64,000 bases of DNA from Eledone cirrhosa (GCA_964016885.1 OZ024766.1:15376001-15440000); one strand, 5' to 3'; counted from the stretch's first letter, positions 11,841 to 25,310 are shown. The notes: generated by a model from the sequence alone, not told the origin. Made by a program: numbers and translations.

Positions 11841-14319
11841 ATCATCTTCATCATTCAACGTCCATTTTCCACGCTAGCATGGGTTAGATGAGCCATGTCA
11901 GAGGACCATGTTTTGCTCACACAGAACTGATTTTGGCTTCATTTCTATGTCTGGTTGTCCTAATGCCAACAACAATGTGTACTGGGTGCTTTTAGTCATG
12001 TTACCAACACGACCACTTTCCAGTGTCGATTGGGCACTCATTGTCGTGGCGCCAAGCTGACCACTTATATAGTGTTGTTTGGGGACTTGGGTGGGTGAGA
12101 TGCATGGGGAATTGAGGAGGTAGATATAAGGGTGGGGTGACTACAACGTGGAAGGTCTATGGGATGGAAGGTGGTGCATACTAGATGTATGCCTCAGCCC
12201 CTTCATATGGGAAGGTGGATCTTCTGTATGATAGCATAGTGCCAGAGATCATGGTCCTGTGTCATACCCTTTGAGAGGTGCAATTGTGCAAGGTCAGCTT
12301 TTATCAACTCATCCCAACTCTTCCAACATCTCCATAGCTCCCTTCAACTTTGAGTGCTCTGCACTTTTTTATACAGCTGTCGTCTTTCATGCGCATCACG
12401 TGACCATACCAACGTAGCCTTCTCTCGAGTAAACAACATCTGATCCCTCTTGTTTCTAATTTTTCCCTTAGTTCGTTTATGCTTTGCCGTTCACATATAT
12501 TACTATTACACATCCAGCGGAGCATGCAAGCTTCGTTCCTCTCAGGTCTCACTGCCATGCAGCATTGCTGTTCGTATGCAGGCATCGTATAACCTGCCTT
12601 TAATTTTTAGGGAGAACCCTTTAGCGGTTAATGGTGGTATAAGCTCTCTGAACTTTTTCCATCCAGTTCTGACTCTAGCTACTGTACTTTCAGAGCACCC
12701 TCCCCCACTGCTGATTTTGTCACCCAGGTAACGGAAACTGTCCACTATTTCTATAGAACCATCTGTGCAATGGAATGAGCTAGTATTTTGTGGGCACTTG
12801 CTGCTACTTATTGCACCAGAGCACCGGCCACATATAAAATCTATGTTCTTAGTTAGCTTACTTGTGATCCCACTACATCTTTTATGCACCCATACTTTGC
12901 ATTTGGGACATAAAATGGAGTTTCTACCTACTCCTTTCCTACACACTGAGCATGGCCATTTCCCGGATGGGACCGGCGCCCTATTTTCCTTCCTACAAAC
13001 TAGAACTTTAGTCTTAGACAGGTTAATTTTAAGGCCTTTTGATTCTAGGCCATGCTTCCATGTTTGGAATTTCTTCTCTAGTTCGGCTATTGATTCAGTT
13101 ATGAGCGTTAGATCATCTGCGTATAGGAGTTCCCATGGGCAGCCGGTCTTGAACTCCACTGTTATAGTCTGAAGGGCAATAATAAATAGTAGAGGGCTAA
13201 GAACGGAGCCCTGATGAACACCAAATTTTATGCTAAACTCTTCACTATATTCGTTGTTAATTCTAACCTTGCTGACTGTTTCTTTATACATGGCTTGTAT
13301 AGCTCTCACAAGCCATTCATCAACACCGGCTTTTTGGCCTTAATCGACTCCTCCACCTTACTGTTCCACCACCATGTTACTCTCCTCCTGCCTATAGGCC
13401 TGCTCCGGCCACAGACTTCGTCTGCCGCCATCAGCAGGTTTGCTTTCAGGAATTCCCACTGTTCCTCTATATTGTACGACTCTAAATGATCTTTCTTACT
13501 GTCGAAAGCATCAAGTAATATGCTTTTAAATTTATTTCTGGCTGTGGGGTCCTTTAGCTTCCATATTTTTCTCCTGAGGATAGTCCTCTTCTGCTGTCGA
13601 GTACGTCTTGTCCTTACAGATAGTTAGCCTATTTGCGTCACAGAATTCCAGGGTTCTGGAGCCTTCCTCATTTCTAGTACCAAATCCATAGCCTCCGTGG
13701 ATTCCGTCATAACCGTCACAATGTTGTCCAATGTGACCATTTAGGTCGCCAGCAATAGTTATATAGTCACTGTCAGTTATTTGGGAGGTAGTGAGCATCA
13801 GTGTCTCATAGAATCTGTCTTTTATAGCGCCAGGCAGTCCGGATTGGGGCGCGTACGCAGATATTGCTGTCACAGTAGTACTATTTTGAACAAGTCTTAT
13901 TTTAATTATTCTGTCATTCACTCTATTTACGTCTATTATCTTATCCACCCATTTTTCTGCTAACATGATTCCTACCCCACCCAGCCCATTGTCATTTCCC
14001 AGCCAGAAAAGCTTATAGCATCGTTTTTACCCACAATGAATCTAGCAGACCCGCCCCTCCACCTGGTCTCTTGGATACAGCAAACATCAACCTCCTTACG
14101 TTTAAGCATTTCTACAACCTCGTTAGAGCTGCCTTTTAAGGTGCCTACATTCATGGTACCAACTCTGAAGTTTTGGATTGCGTTTGGTGGGTAGGGCGCA
14201 GGGAGGGGGGAGGAGGAGAGGGTTGGGGTTATGTTGGCCATCCGCGGCCGCAACAAAGAGGAGGGGCCCTTGCCCTTTCGTCCGGCAGCATGACGTGAAT
14301 TTGTCGTTATCTTTGGCAT
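11841..14319 (-). mobile_element. RTE-clade LINE copy B with internal deletions (APE endonuclease, partial RT, 3' UTR)
   Basis: APE motifs VGTMNVGTL, CIQET, AYAPQ and GDLNGH in ORFs 13972-14319 and 13532-13966. LYADD in ORF 12542-13309. Deletion junctions near 13325 and 13605; (gat)n tail at 11841. Confidence 0.9.
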
Positions 14320-15067
14320 TGTCTTCGAGTGTCCAGATTCTTCAGACTCTCCAGAAATTCCTTAGTCCATCCATCATATCGAAAAGCAACCAGGCATAGG
14401 CCGTTGACTTGTGATTGGTCCAAATAATAAAGGTGGAGAGTGGGGGCGAGCGGAAGGGGTATGGGGTAGTTAACGAGGAGAAGATTATTTAGAACAGTCA
14501 GACAGAATTATAGAATAGCAATTATGAAGTAGGATTTGGATTCTGGGCGATTATAGATATATGGATGAATGAACCGAAGGGTGGGAGACAAGAAGAAAAT
14601 GTTATTTATACATTACATTTCGTAGAAGTGGTCTGACCATGATCATATGTATATTTATATATTTATATATATACATATATGTATATATATATATATAGAG
14701 ATATGTATGTATATATATATATAGATAGATATAAAGATATATATACTCTTACGTGTATACATCTGATAATGTATATATGTATGTAAAAAGTTACTTAAAC
14801 ATACATGTATACATAAAGTTGGACAGTTATACATATACAATAACTTATTTCTATACATACATATACCACAAGTAAGGCATGGTGCTGCCAACTAACCAGA
14901 CCTCCCTCATAATGGATCAGCTAGATCCCAAAATACAGGCCTGCTAGCCAACACACAGTCCCAATAAGTGTAAGTTACAGCGCAGCTATCTGGACTGACT
15001 TGTCTTAAGACTACTCATTGTCCCACTACATCTTTTGTGTATTGTATATATATTCTATATATACACT

Positions 15068-15119
<52 letters not shown>

Positions 15120-16159
15120 TAAAATAACAGACTCAAGTTTAAGCAAAGAATCGCTATTTGCATGCGTGTATGTATTTATTTAATTTCTATCACCTCTGTA
15201 TTTTATTTACTTTATTCTTAACTCTGAAGCGGAGATTCATTTGGTTTCCTAGTTAGAATTTTAGTCTACGACTTCAGCTATACCATTTACGTGGTTTTGT
15301 CTTTGCGTGCTATTGTTCTCCACGCTCCACATATGACATACTATCTTCGTTTTTTCCGTTCATTGCCAGAGAACGTCTCTATGAACCACCAAAGAGAACA
15401 TTAGTCTACGACCTCTTTTATACCATAAACGTGGCTCTGTCTTTGCGCGTAATTGTTTTTCACCGCTCCACATAATGACGTATTATATTCGTTTTTTCCC
15501 GTTCTTTGCCAGCGAACATTTCAAACGAACCAAAGTATCGTCTTCCTGTCTTCCTCCGGTTGCAACGTTTTTTGAAATATCCACTTCTGCGTTTACAGAT
15601 TGACTTTGTTAGTTTCAGAAGATCCCGTTAAGGGTGAAAGCAGCGATTCTTTGATTAAACTTTAATCTGTTATTTTAATAAATATTTTCTCTACGGTTCT
15701 TATATATTTGATATATATTTATCCTTATTGAGCCCTCTTTGGATTTTAATCTTCAAATTCATTATTATTACTATATATATATATATATACACATATAATT
15801 GTGTATTCACATATTATCTTAGTAATGAAATAATAATTTTAGTAAATTGTTCAAAATTCTTCATTAACCCTTTTGGTAGAAACCCAACCAAAATTGGTTC
15901 TCGTTCTATGGAAATGGTTTCTATCTAAATTAAAGTCTTCCAACGAAATTCTATATAACAACCATATGTTATGTTACTATGTTAGTAATTAACTAACAAT
16001 TGTGATAAATAGCCCAACATTATTCATAATTAATTGAAATACGAGGTTCATAATTATAATAAAATCTTCGAATAGGCTACGTAGCCAGTAAACCTGAAAG
16101 GTACGCAACACACACATCGCTATAGCGTTTCACCAGCCAATTCATTCCTCAATCATTAC

Positions 16160-17005
16160 ATAGATGTGTGTGTATGTAATAAATATTTTGTATTGTGTGT
16201 CTATTTATTAAATGTATGAGTAGATGTGTGTGTGTGTGTAACCCAGTAAATGTGTGTGTGTGTAACCCAGTAGATGTGTGTGTATCTAACTCAGCAGATG
16301 TGTGTGTATGTAACACAGTAGATCTGTGTGTATATAACACAGTACATGTGTGTATGTAACTCAGTAGATGTGTGTGTATGTAATACAGTAGCTGTGTGTG
16401 TATGTAACACAGTAGATGTGTGTGTATGTAACTCAGTAGATGTGTGTGTATGTAACCCAGTAGATGTGTGTATGTAACACAGTAGATGTGTGTATGTAAC
16501 ACAGTAGATGTGTGTGTATATAACAGTAGATGTGTGTGTATGTAACACAGTAGATGTGTGTGTATGTAACTCAGTAGATGTGTGTATGTAACCCAGTAGA
16601 TGTGTGTGTATGTAACACAGTAGATGTGTGTGTATGTAACTCAGTAGATGTGTGTGTGTGTAACTCAGTAGATGTGTGTGTATGTAACACAGTAGATGTG
16701 TGTGTATGTAACACAGTAGATGTGTGTATGTAACACAGTTTATGTGTGTGCATGTAACTCAGAAGATGTGTGTGCGTATATAACACAGTAGATTGTGTGT
16801 ATGTAACACAGTAGATGTGTGTGTATATAACACAGTAGATGTGTGTATGTAACACAGTAGATGTGCGTGTATATGTAACACAGTAGATGTGTGTGTATGT
16901 AACACAGTAGGTGTGTGTATGTAACACAGTAGATGTGTGTATATGTAACAGTAGATGTGTGTGTATGTAAGACAGTAGATGTGTGTGTATGTAACATAGT
17001 AGATG
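16160..17005. repeat. Minisatellite of about 24 bp (cagtagatgtgtgtgtatgtaaca)
   Basis: More than 30 degenerate tandem units. Confidence 0.93.
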
Positions 17006-17544
17006 TATATATAACTAAAGTGTAACGTAAGTTAAAATGGACGACAAAATGACTTTAACTTGTTTTTTAACAAGTGATGGTGGAAAAGATTTTAAATTAT
17101 CTTAACTCAGACCATAAAGGGCCGCAACACATGGAGTCTGACACTCTTACCGGCTACATAGCTATGGATTCTATTTTACGGGGTCCGGTTACATATCTTC
17201 TTCCTAAAAGTCTTCCAACATAATTTTATACAAGAACCACATGTTAAGTTACTAATAAAATAATTAATAATTAAAAACTTTAGTAAATCCTTCCAATGAT
17301 ATCTCAGTAATGAAATAATTATTAATTGTTATAAATACCTCAAAATTCCTCATTAATTAAACCCAAGACAGGTAAAAACTCCAGAGTCTTTCAATCGGAC
17401 ATGAAACAAATTAATGTCTAATGGAAGAAGTAAATATTTTAAAGTCAGCCAAGGGAGATCACTCTCAGCGACTTATTGTAATTCTTGTTCGTGAATTAAT
17501 CCGGATTAAATTATTCTGGTGTATTTTGTGTGGAGGAAACCGGG

Positions 17545-17780
17545 TTTACGCGGTGATAGCGCGTAATTCAAGAACGTATGGTTCGTGAGTTCGAATCCCA
17601 GACCGGGTGGTCTGTGCGTTGGCCCCTTGAACAAGACATTTCTCCCAGCTGGCAAAACTAATAAGTTGTACCTGTAATTACAGGGTAACGTTGTTACATA
17701 GAATTGTCACACTGAATCTCCCTGAGAACAATGTCAACGGTACACGTGTCAATGAAATACCCAGACGCATTATAATATAA
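17545..17780 (+). mobile_element. Degenerate tRNA-derived CORE-type SINE; related copy at about 42650-43190
   Basis: gtgagttcgaatccca B box, ccttgaacaagaca, and tail ctgaatctccctgagaac shared with the 42650-43190 copy. Confidence 0.6.
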
Positions 17781-17865
17781 GATGGATTCTATATGTATTT
17801 AAAAAGGAAGGCATGTCACACGTTTTGTCTCGCTGAATCTCCCTGAGAACTACGTAAAAACTAGT

Positions 17866-18793
17866 GACTATCAGACATAGTGTATCTAGGACTACATTAT
17901 CTAATGTACAGTACAGTAGTTAGTATTAGTGGCTATCAGGCATAGTATATCTAGGACTACATTACCTAATGTACAATATAGTAGTTAGTATTAGAGGCTA
18001 TCAGGCATAGTGTATCTAGGACTACATTATCTAATGTACAGTACAGTAGTTAGTATTAGTGGCTATCAGACATAGTGTATCTAGGACTACATTATCTAAT
18101 GTACAGTACAGTAGTTAGTATTAGTGGCTATCAGACATAGTGTATCTAGGACTACATTATCTAATGTACAGTACAGTAGTTAGTATTAGTGGCTATCAGA
18201 CATAGTGTATCTAGGACTACATTATCTAATGTACAGTACAGTAGTTAGTATTAGTGGCTATCAGACAGTGTATCTAGGACTACATTATCTAATGTACAGT
18301 GTAGTAGTTAGTATTAGTGGCTATCAGACATAGTGTATCTAGGACTACATTATCTAATGTACAGTACAGTAGTTAGTATTAGTGGCTATCAGACATAGTG
18401 TATCTAGGACTACCTTATCTAATGTACAATATAGTAGTTAGTATTACTGGCTATCAGACATAGTGTATCTTGGAATACATTATCTAATGTACAATATAGT
18501 AGTTAGTATTATTGGCTATCAGGCATAGTGTATCTAGGAATACATTACCTATTGTACAGTGTAGTAGTTAGTATTAGTGGCTATCTGACATAGTGTATCT
18601 AGGACTACATTACCTAATGTACAGTACAGTAATCAGTATTAGAGGCTATCAGACATAGTGTATCTAGGACTACATTATCTAATGTACAGTACAGTAGTTA
18701 GTATTAGTGGCTATCAGGCATAGTGTATCTAGGACTACATTATCTAATATACAGTACAGTAGTTAGTATTAGTGGCTATCAGGCATAGTGTAT
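17866..18793. repeat. 65-bp satellite (ggctatcagacatagtgtatctaggactacattatctaatgtacagtacagtagttagtattagt), about 14 units
   Basis: Units start at 17866, 17931, 17996, 18061 and so on. Confidence 0.95.
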
Positions 18794-18794
18794 A

Positions 18795-19040
18795 GCATCC
18801 AACCCTGACAGTATGGTGTTCTGGAAATATGTACATTCAAAGCAGAGACATCACTCTTCAGTTGGTCCTCTTCACAATCTCCACACAAGCCAGGTTACTG
18901 ACGACCCAAGAAATGCACAGAATTCATTACTGAAAGAAATGGAGGCATTTTCACTGTTGAAGACCAAAATGTACCATCTCCACCACCTCTGACATCAGAT
19001 TCTATTACAACTATGGAATTTAGACCTGCAATGCCACCTT
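18795..19040 (+). mobile_element. Possible CR1/L2/Jockey-group LINE ORF2 fragment
   Basis: Translates to FWKYVHSKQRHHSSVGPL...VTDDP, with FTVED in a shifted frame, resembling the APE-RT linker. Short and degenerate. Confidence 0.4.
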
Positions 19041-19297
19041 ACAAAACCTCTACGTAGTCTTTCTAACTGCTAGAAATAGCAGCGATATTATCCATTACAA
19101 CTTCGTTTTTTTGTTTAAAATATCCAAAGTTTAGTTATGAAATCAACAGCAAGTCCTTTGCACAGACTTCGGAATAAACTCGAAGACCGTCAAAATATCA
19201 TTCTCCTTCTCTCTCTCTTTAAACAAAAAATAGCTGCTTTCAACCTTAACGGGATCTTCTGAAACTCATTATTTTAATCAATAGTTGCTCTACGGCT

Positions 19298-19343
<46 letters not shown>

Positions 19344-19433
19344 GTAATTCCGGCGGAAAAGTCCAGGAAAAAAGAGTGCTCTATGTAGGCAACAGAGCTT
19401 AATTATTATTATGTAATAAACAACATAAGGCAA

Positions 19434-19499
19434 TTATTCCATTTACCAGTGGTTTCTTAAAAGCAAAAGGTTTTGCTTTCAATCCTCAGAATGAAAAAA
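19434..19499 (-). ncRNA. Type I hammerhead ribozyme motif
   Basis: Minus strand reads ttttttcatt-CTGAGGA-ttgaaagcaaaa cc ttttgcttttaa-GAAAC-cactg-GTA-aatggaataa. Stems I and II pair; stem III accactggt is near-palindromic. Confidence 0.8.
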
Positions 19500-19641
19500 T
19501 CCTGGTTTGTTTATTGAATTTGGATTTTAAAAAACAAAAATGCAAACTATATGAAAGTGAGGCTGGAGAAGGGAGAAGGAAAGGAAAAATAAAATAAAAC
19601 TACACATGCAAACACACACACAAAAACACAAAAGCATACAT

Positions 19642-19684
<43 letters not shown>

Positions 19685-19928
19685 CACATATATATTAAAA
19701 AGAAACATTGACACTCCTATGATAAATCAACAGCCTTGAACTCCTTTCCTGCTCTTTACTTCTGCTACGGTTTTTATTTTGCTGATTCTACGTTCTGTAC
19801 TCTTGTATATTTACTTATTTTTTTCTCCCTTACCTCCCCTTATATTTTACCTTTTCTTATGCCCCCCCCCCTATATATTCTTTTTGCCTTGCCCTTCACA
19901 TACCTATGTGTATGTATATTTGTGTGTA

Positions 19929-20101
<173 letters not shown>

Positions 20102-20175
20102 GTGTGTGTATGTGTATGTGTGTATATATATGTATATATTTGTGTGTGTGTATGTATATGTGGATAAACCAGGGT

Positions 20176-20241
20176 TTTTTTCATTCTGAAGATTGAAGGA
20201 AAAATTTTTTGCTTTTAAGAAACCACTGGTGAATGGAATAA
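20176..20241 (+). ncRNA. Hammerhead motif, degenerate copy (GUG triplet, predicted inactive)
   Basis: ttcatt-CTGAAGA-ttgaaggaaaaattttttgcttttaa-GAAAC-cactg-GTG-aatggaata. Confidence 0.7.
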
Positions 20242-20602
20242 TCACTTATGTTGCTTTATTACTTTACTACTATATATACGTATATGTAAGGTTCATATGA
20301 ATTATCTAAGACTGAGTTTTACACATACACACATGTATGTGTGCGTGTATGTGTATGCATGTGTATATATATGTATGTATGTATATATATATATATCTGT
20401 ATGTGTATATATATATATGTATATATATATGTGTGTATATGTATGCGTGTGTATGTATATATGTATGTGTGTGTGTGTTTGTGTTTGTATTTGGTTGTGC
20501 GTGTTTATGATATGTACGTATTTGGTTGTGTATAATTGTTTAGCTATGTATGTATATGTGTGTGTATGTATACGTATGTGTGTGTGTGCGTTTATATTTA
20601 TG

Positions 20603-20663
<61 letters not shown>

Positions 20664-20985
20664 ATATAATTACATATACATATGTGTGTGTATATATTGT
20701 ATACGTGTGCGTATTTGTGCATGTATGTGCATGTATGTTTTTATGTATTTGTATATGTATATTTATGTGTGAGAGTGTGTGTATGTGTTTACGATTTCGT
20801 ACGTATGTATACGTGCATTTGTGTGTATTACTTACCACGCGTGTCTGTCCAGTTAGCTGCCTTATGTAACGGTGTCAAAAAAATGTTTTAATATATATAT
20901 ATATTTATTTGCGTGTGTGAATATGTAGAGGAGTGCATTTATGTATGTACGTATGTATATATGTATGATTGTGTGAATATATGTA

Positions 20986-21044
<59 letters not shown>

Positions 21045-21338
21045 ATGTATATGTGTGTGTGTATGTGTATGTGTATGTATGAGTGTATGTATGTGTATAT
21101 GTGTATGTATGTGTATGTGTATATTTGTGTATGTATATATATATGTGTATATGTATATATGTATATATATATATATATATGTGTATGTGTGTGTATGTAT
21201 GCTTTTGTGTTTTTTTGTGTGTGTGTTTGCATGTGTAGTTTTATTTTATTTTTCCTTTCCTTCTTCCTTCTCCAGCCTCACTTTCATATAGATTGCATTT
21301 TTGTTTTTTAAAATCCAAATTCAATAAACAAACCAGGA

Positions 21339-21404
21339 TTTTTTCATTCTGAGGATTGAAAGCAAAAACTTTTGCTTTTAAGAAACCACTGGTAAATGGA
21401 ATAA
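21339..21404 (+). ncRNA. Type I hammerhead ribozyme motif
   Basis: ttcatt-CTGAGGA(21349-21355)-stem II(21356-21381)-GAAAC-cactg-GTA(21392-21394)-aatgga. Confidence 0.8.
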
Positions 21405-21764
21405 TTGCCTTATCTTGTTTATTACATAATAATATTTTACATGGTAGACATTATTTGAATTTTGAAAATGTGAGACCAGAGAAATTGCTTCATGTGACAC
21501 TGTAAGAAAACATTAAAGAAAACATTAAAAAATGAAATGTATATCTTCTTCTTTATCATTAAGAATGTCAGCAGCACCACACACACACACACATATATAT
21601 ATATATACAGAGAGAGAGAGAGAGAGAGAAGAGAGAGAAGAGAGAGAGAGAAGAGAGAGAGAGAAGAGAGAGAGTAGTTAATAATAAATACAAAGACCAA
21701 AATCTAGAGAGGGCTCAATAAGATAAGAGTTTTATGTATATATATATATATACATATATATGTA

Positions 21765-21797
<33 letters not shown>

Positions 21798-21800
21798 GTA

Positions 21801-22136
21801 TCATCATCATCATCATCATCATTTTACGTCCACTTTTCCCTGCTTGCGAGGGTGGGACGGAAACTGATTCTGGTTTGATTTCTACAGCTGGATGCCCTTC
21901 CTAACACCAACCTCATTTACAGTGAGTGCTGGGTGCTTTTTTGCTGTGGCACCTCCACGACCACTTTGCAGTGGAATGATAGAGGCCCAAGTCCCTATCA
22001 TCTCATTTCTACAGTTGAGTAAACTGGAGCAATGTGAAATAATGTGTCTTGCTCAAGAAAACAACACATCACCCGGTTTGAGAATTGAACTCGCAACCTT
22101 TCGATTGCAAGGCCAATGCTCTAACCACTAAGCCAT
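21801..22136 (-). mobile_element. CORE-type SINE with RTE tail
   Basis: Near-identical to 2118-2460 and 6218-6556. Confidence 0.88.
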
Positions 22137-22359
22137 AGAGAGAGAGAGAAGTGAGAGAGTAGTTAATAATAAATACAAACACCAAAATCTGGAGAGGGCT
22201 CAATAAGATAAGAGTTATATATATATATATGTATATATATATAAGTTGAAAAAAATGAAAACGAAATTTCATTTCTCACTCTTAGTATGGCACTTACTTA
22301 AATGTAAGTATGTATGTATACGTACATACATATATGTATACGGACGTACAGTAGCATGC

Positions 22360-22390
<31 letters not shown>

Positions 22391-22541
22391 TACAGGTACA
22401 CATACATATATGCACGCATCAGTTTAGCGGACGCTTATTATAACGCCGCTTTGTTCGTTTGTCAACAAACTGAACAGCCTGAATTTATGCCATACGGTGT
22501 TAAGGCAACCACGTCACCTTTTTGTTCAACACTGACACAGG

Positions 22542-22586
22542 AACGATGTACTAGTTTCAAGCTTGTTAGCTATCATCAGCACCGTT
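22542..22586 (-). ncRNA. Minimal type I hammerhead ribozyme, Penelope-like
   Basis: Minus strand reads aacggtg-CTGATGA-t agct aaca agct t-GAA-ACTAGT-A-catcgtt. 7-bp stem I, palindromic ACTAGT stem III, GUA triplet. Confidence 0.85.
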
Positions 22587-23166
22587 TACCCATCTGCCAG
22601 ATAGTTGAACGTTCGAAAGTATATTCTTTCCTTATCAAAATTAACGGCTGAGCAGCCTAATTTGCATATTGAGTGAGTTAAATCGGTCAGGCATCAAATT
22701 TGTGTTCTTTTATTTTGTTTTTGATATGCTACCAAGGATTGGGGGTTAGAGTTGTGTTTGCATTCCTGTCCAGTTGTTATATGGTTTGGATGGCTATTCT
22801 AGTAGGCAGATATGAAGCAGGAGGTGCTATTGTTGCTGACATACTAGGGATGGTAAGTAGGTTAAGGTATCAAATTACCAGAGGGGTCAGTCATCACCCC
22901 ACCCCCCGTTCCTATATGTTAAAGAATTTGTTCGAATAATCTACTTATTTTTTTGTTTATTTGAACTTTGTTTATTTGTTTGAACTACATAGCTATATAT
23001 CCAGGCTGTGTATTATTAGAGAGGGTGATTCTTGTGTAACTATGTAAGGATGCATTAAATGTATAGATTTAGTCATTATGTTCAGCTCTAGGTGGAAGTT
23101 AGCATGGAACGTGTTAACTATCTAATCTAAGAAAAGTTTTAGATATTTTATGCATACAAGTATTAA

Positions 23167-23379
23167 CTCTTTAGCATTTACATTACTCTGTAATGTATTT
23201 TCTCTGTAAAGTCTTTACCTCACATAATAATCTCACATAATATCAAATCCACAAGATTTTGATATTATTTATTTTGAGAACAATACCTTAACATAAGTAT
23301 GAGCAGCCAGTTACGGCTGGTTTGAACAGAAAAAGGTGAGAGAATTCTGGCCGGATATGGCCGGTTTAAATGCTAAAGG
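23167..23379. mobile_element. TTAA-specific (piggyBac-type) MITE, unit-length copy
   Basis: ttaa|c(t)ctttagcattta...taaatgctaaagg|ttaa. Same family as 26863-27590, 29701-42563, 42856-43076 and 61855-62323. Confidence 0.85.
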
Positions 23380-24075
23380 TTAAAGTGGTCAGAGCCTTTG
23401 TTAATTACTTCCTGTCTCCTATTAATAATGTGTTGAGCTTCCGTTGTACAGAGATCACAGCCACATGAAAAAGGATTCGCATAAATATGGAAATGCATTT
23501 GTGAGAATACGCCAAGAAAACGAGTACTGTACCTGGTTCTGTTTTAGCCTCCTTATGATTTAGCATAATTTCGGATAGCGCTGTGCTTCTTCTTCTGTCT
23601 ATCCAGTTAAATGAGTGCTGATTGTACCATTTAACATACATACATATGTACATATATACATACATTCCATCAGTCAACGCGATCAGTCGCATATTTTGGC
23701 GTGGGAGACTATTTATTAAATTTAAGATGAATACTATCTCCGACAGTAATGTCACAACTACAGCCAGGTTGAATAACTGGTTATTCTTCTAACTATCCCT
23801 TCTGAAGACACCTTTTATTCGAATTCGTAGAGATATCCGACTAAATACATAATTCATTTTACAAGGATTTGCTACAAACAGCATGGCTGAACACAACATC
23901 AACAAGAAAATTAAGGAAGTATCGAAGACAAATAACAAAGAAGGTAATCAAACTTTATTCAGTTGTAGCTACAGAAGAAACCGAAATTATAAACATATAT
24001 ACATACATATATACATACATATATACATACATACATACATAACCACCTTAAACTAAACAATTTTGTACCCTAGAA

Positions 24076-24371
24076 CAGGGGTGTGAAACATATTCCATTG
24101 GGGGGCCACTTTTGAACATTGGAACAATTATTAGGGCTATTAATATTTATTAAGCACTATTCCAAAGATTCACCACAACTTCTTTCCATAACATGGAACT
24201 GGGAAAGTATAACACACATAACCCTATCAGTGAAGCCCTTTAGTATAGGTCAACTAACAGAAAATTGTAAATAAGCCTACAAGGTAAACATTTAAAATGG
24301 TCACCGCGGGCAACTTTGACTGGTCTGGCAGGGCGGATTGTGACCCACGGGCCACCTGCTACATGCCCCTG
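24076..24371. mobile_element. hAT-type MITE
   Basis: Termini cagggg...cccctg with a perfect 8-bp TSD ccctagaa at 24068-24075 and 24372-24379. Confidence 0.85.
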
Positions 24372-24507
24372 CCCTAGAAGCAGGGGCAGTCTTATGTGGT
24401 TTGAAGTAAAAAAAAATTAAGGACTCATTGATTCTCAACATTTAAACAGTGTTGTTGTATGAAGGGATGGTTGTGTAAACAACGCTATCTGGTGGTAGGT
24501 TACTAAC

Positions 24508-24645
24508 CTGTCTGGCAGTTACTTCCCTTGTAACCAACTGCACATCCTCCACTTGAACATATCCCTGACACTATATTACATTTACTGTTGTCTGCACAGT
24601 GGCACATATACTTGCAGTTAGGACCAAATGAACCAGATGCACACA
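24508..24645 (-). CDS. Host gene exon, laminin-type EGF repeat (VCASGSFGPNCKYMCHCADNSKCNIVSGICSSGGCAVGYKGSNCQT)
   Basis: ttgcag acceptor, gttagt donor, 138 bp, phase 1-1, 8-Cys EGF pattern. Confidence 0.88.
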
Positions 24646-24740
24646 CTGCAATGGAATAAAGCAACAACAACAGAAAACATGAGGATGAAGAAGAAGAAGA
24701 AGAAGAAGAGACAATTATACAGACAGATGCACATGCATAG

Positions 24741-25000
24741 TGGAGGTGTGTGGCCTAGTGGTAAGGGTGTTGGACTTACAATCATAATGTCATGGGTTCG
24801 ATTCCTGGGCTGAGTTGTGTGTTGTATTCTTGAGCAAAACACTTCATTTCACGCTGCTCCAGTATACTCAGTTGAAAACGAGTACCAGCAATAGCTGGGG
24901 TTTTAACCCCACGATGGATTGGCGTCCTGTCCAGGGAGGAGTCTTGTACTCTCAGTCATTTCACACCATAAAAATGGGATAAGCACCTACTATTGTCTGG
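24741..25000 (+). mobile_element. tRNA-derived CORE-type SINE, third head variant; copies at about 28400-28650 (-) and 44670-45066 (+)
   Basis: tggcctagtggtaagggtgttggacttacaatc...gggttcgattcc followed by ttgagcaaaacacttcatttcac. Confidence 0.8.
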
Positions 25001-25045
25001 ACACAATATATTATGTTACAAAAAAAGCTATACTACACCACTTAC

Positions 25046-25183
25046 CTGTCTGACAGTTGCTACCTTCATAACCAGCAGCACATCCTCCACTTGAACACAC
25101 ACCTGTCTGTTTGTTACACCTGCTGTTGTCAGCACAGGGGCATGTGTTGCCACAGTTTGGTCCAAATTTCCCCTCTGGTCATT
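25046..25183 (-). pseudogene. Host gene EGF exon with an in-frame TGA at the first Cys position (E*PEGKFGPNCGNTCPCADNSRCNKQTGVCSSGGCAAGYEGSNCQT)
   Basis: ttgtag acceptor, gtaagt donor, 138 bp, paralogous to exon 24508-24645. TGA is tca at 25179-25181 on the plus strand. Confidence 0.8.
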
Positions 25184-25310
25184 CTACAATGAAAGATCAT
25201 GAGAAAACCTCTGCTCTTTTATCTCACTAAACATTTGTAAAAAAAATGAGGTTCAACTGAGTAAGAATACAAAGGATTAATAGGATTAATCAACCCTTAC
25301 AATACTAAGG

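Larger units (their letters stand above)
4462..11992. repeat. Second unit of a tandem segmental duplication (first unit about 1862-4461)
   Basis: Sequence from 4462 repeats that from 1862 (tttgattgccttacttattatactacc). Both units have the same order of SINE, SINE, microsatellite, minisatellite, satellite and hAT end, and both end in gtactgggtgcttt. Confidence 0.9.

Noticed and set aside
13211-13230. ctgatga hit inside RTE copy B
   Set aside because: No stem II or GAAA partner. It is antisense RT coding sequence (VHQG).
21440-21499. Possible downstream host exon after the acceptor ttttcttacag at about 21500
   Set aside because: No recognisable domain or donor site, and it runs into the hammerhead element. 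It cannot be supported without transcripts.
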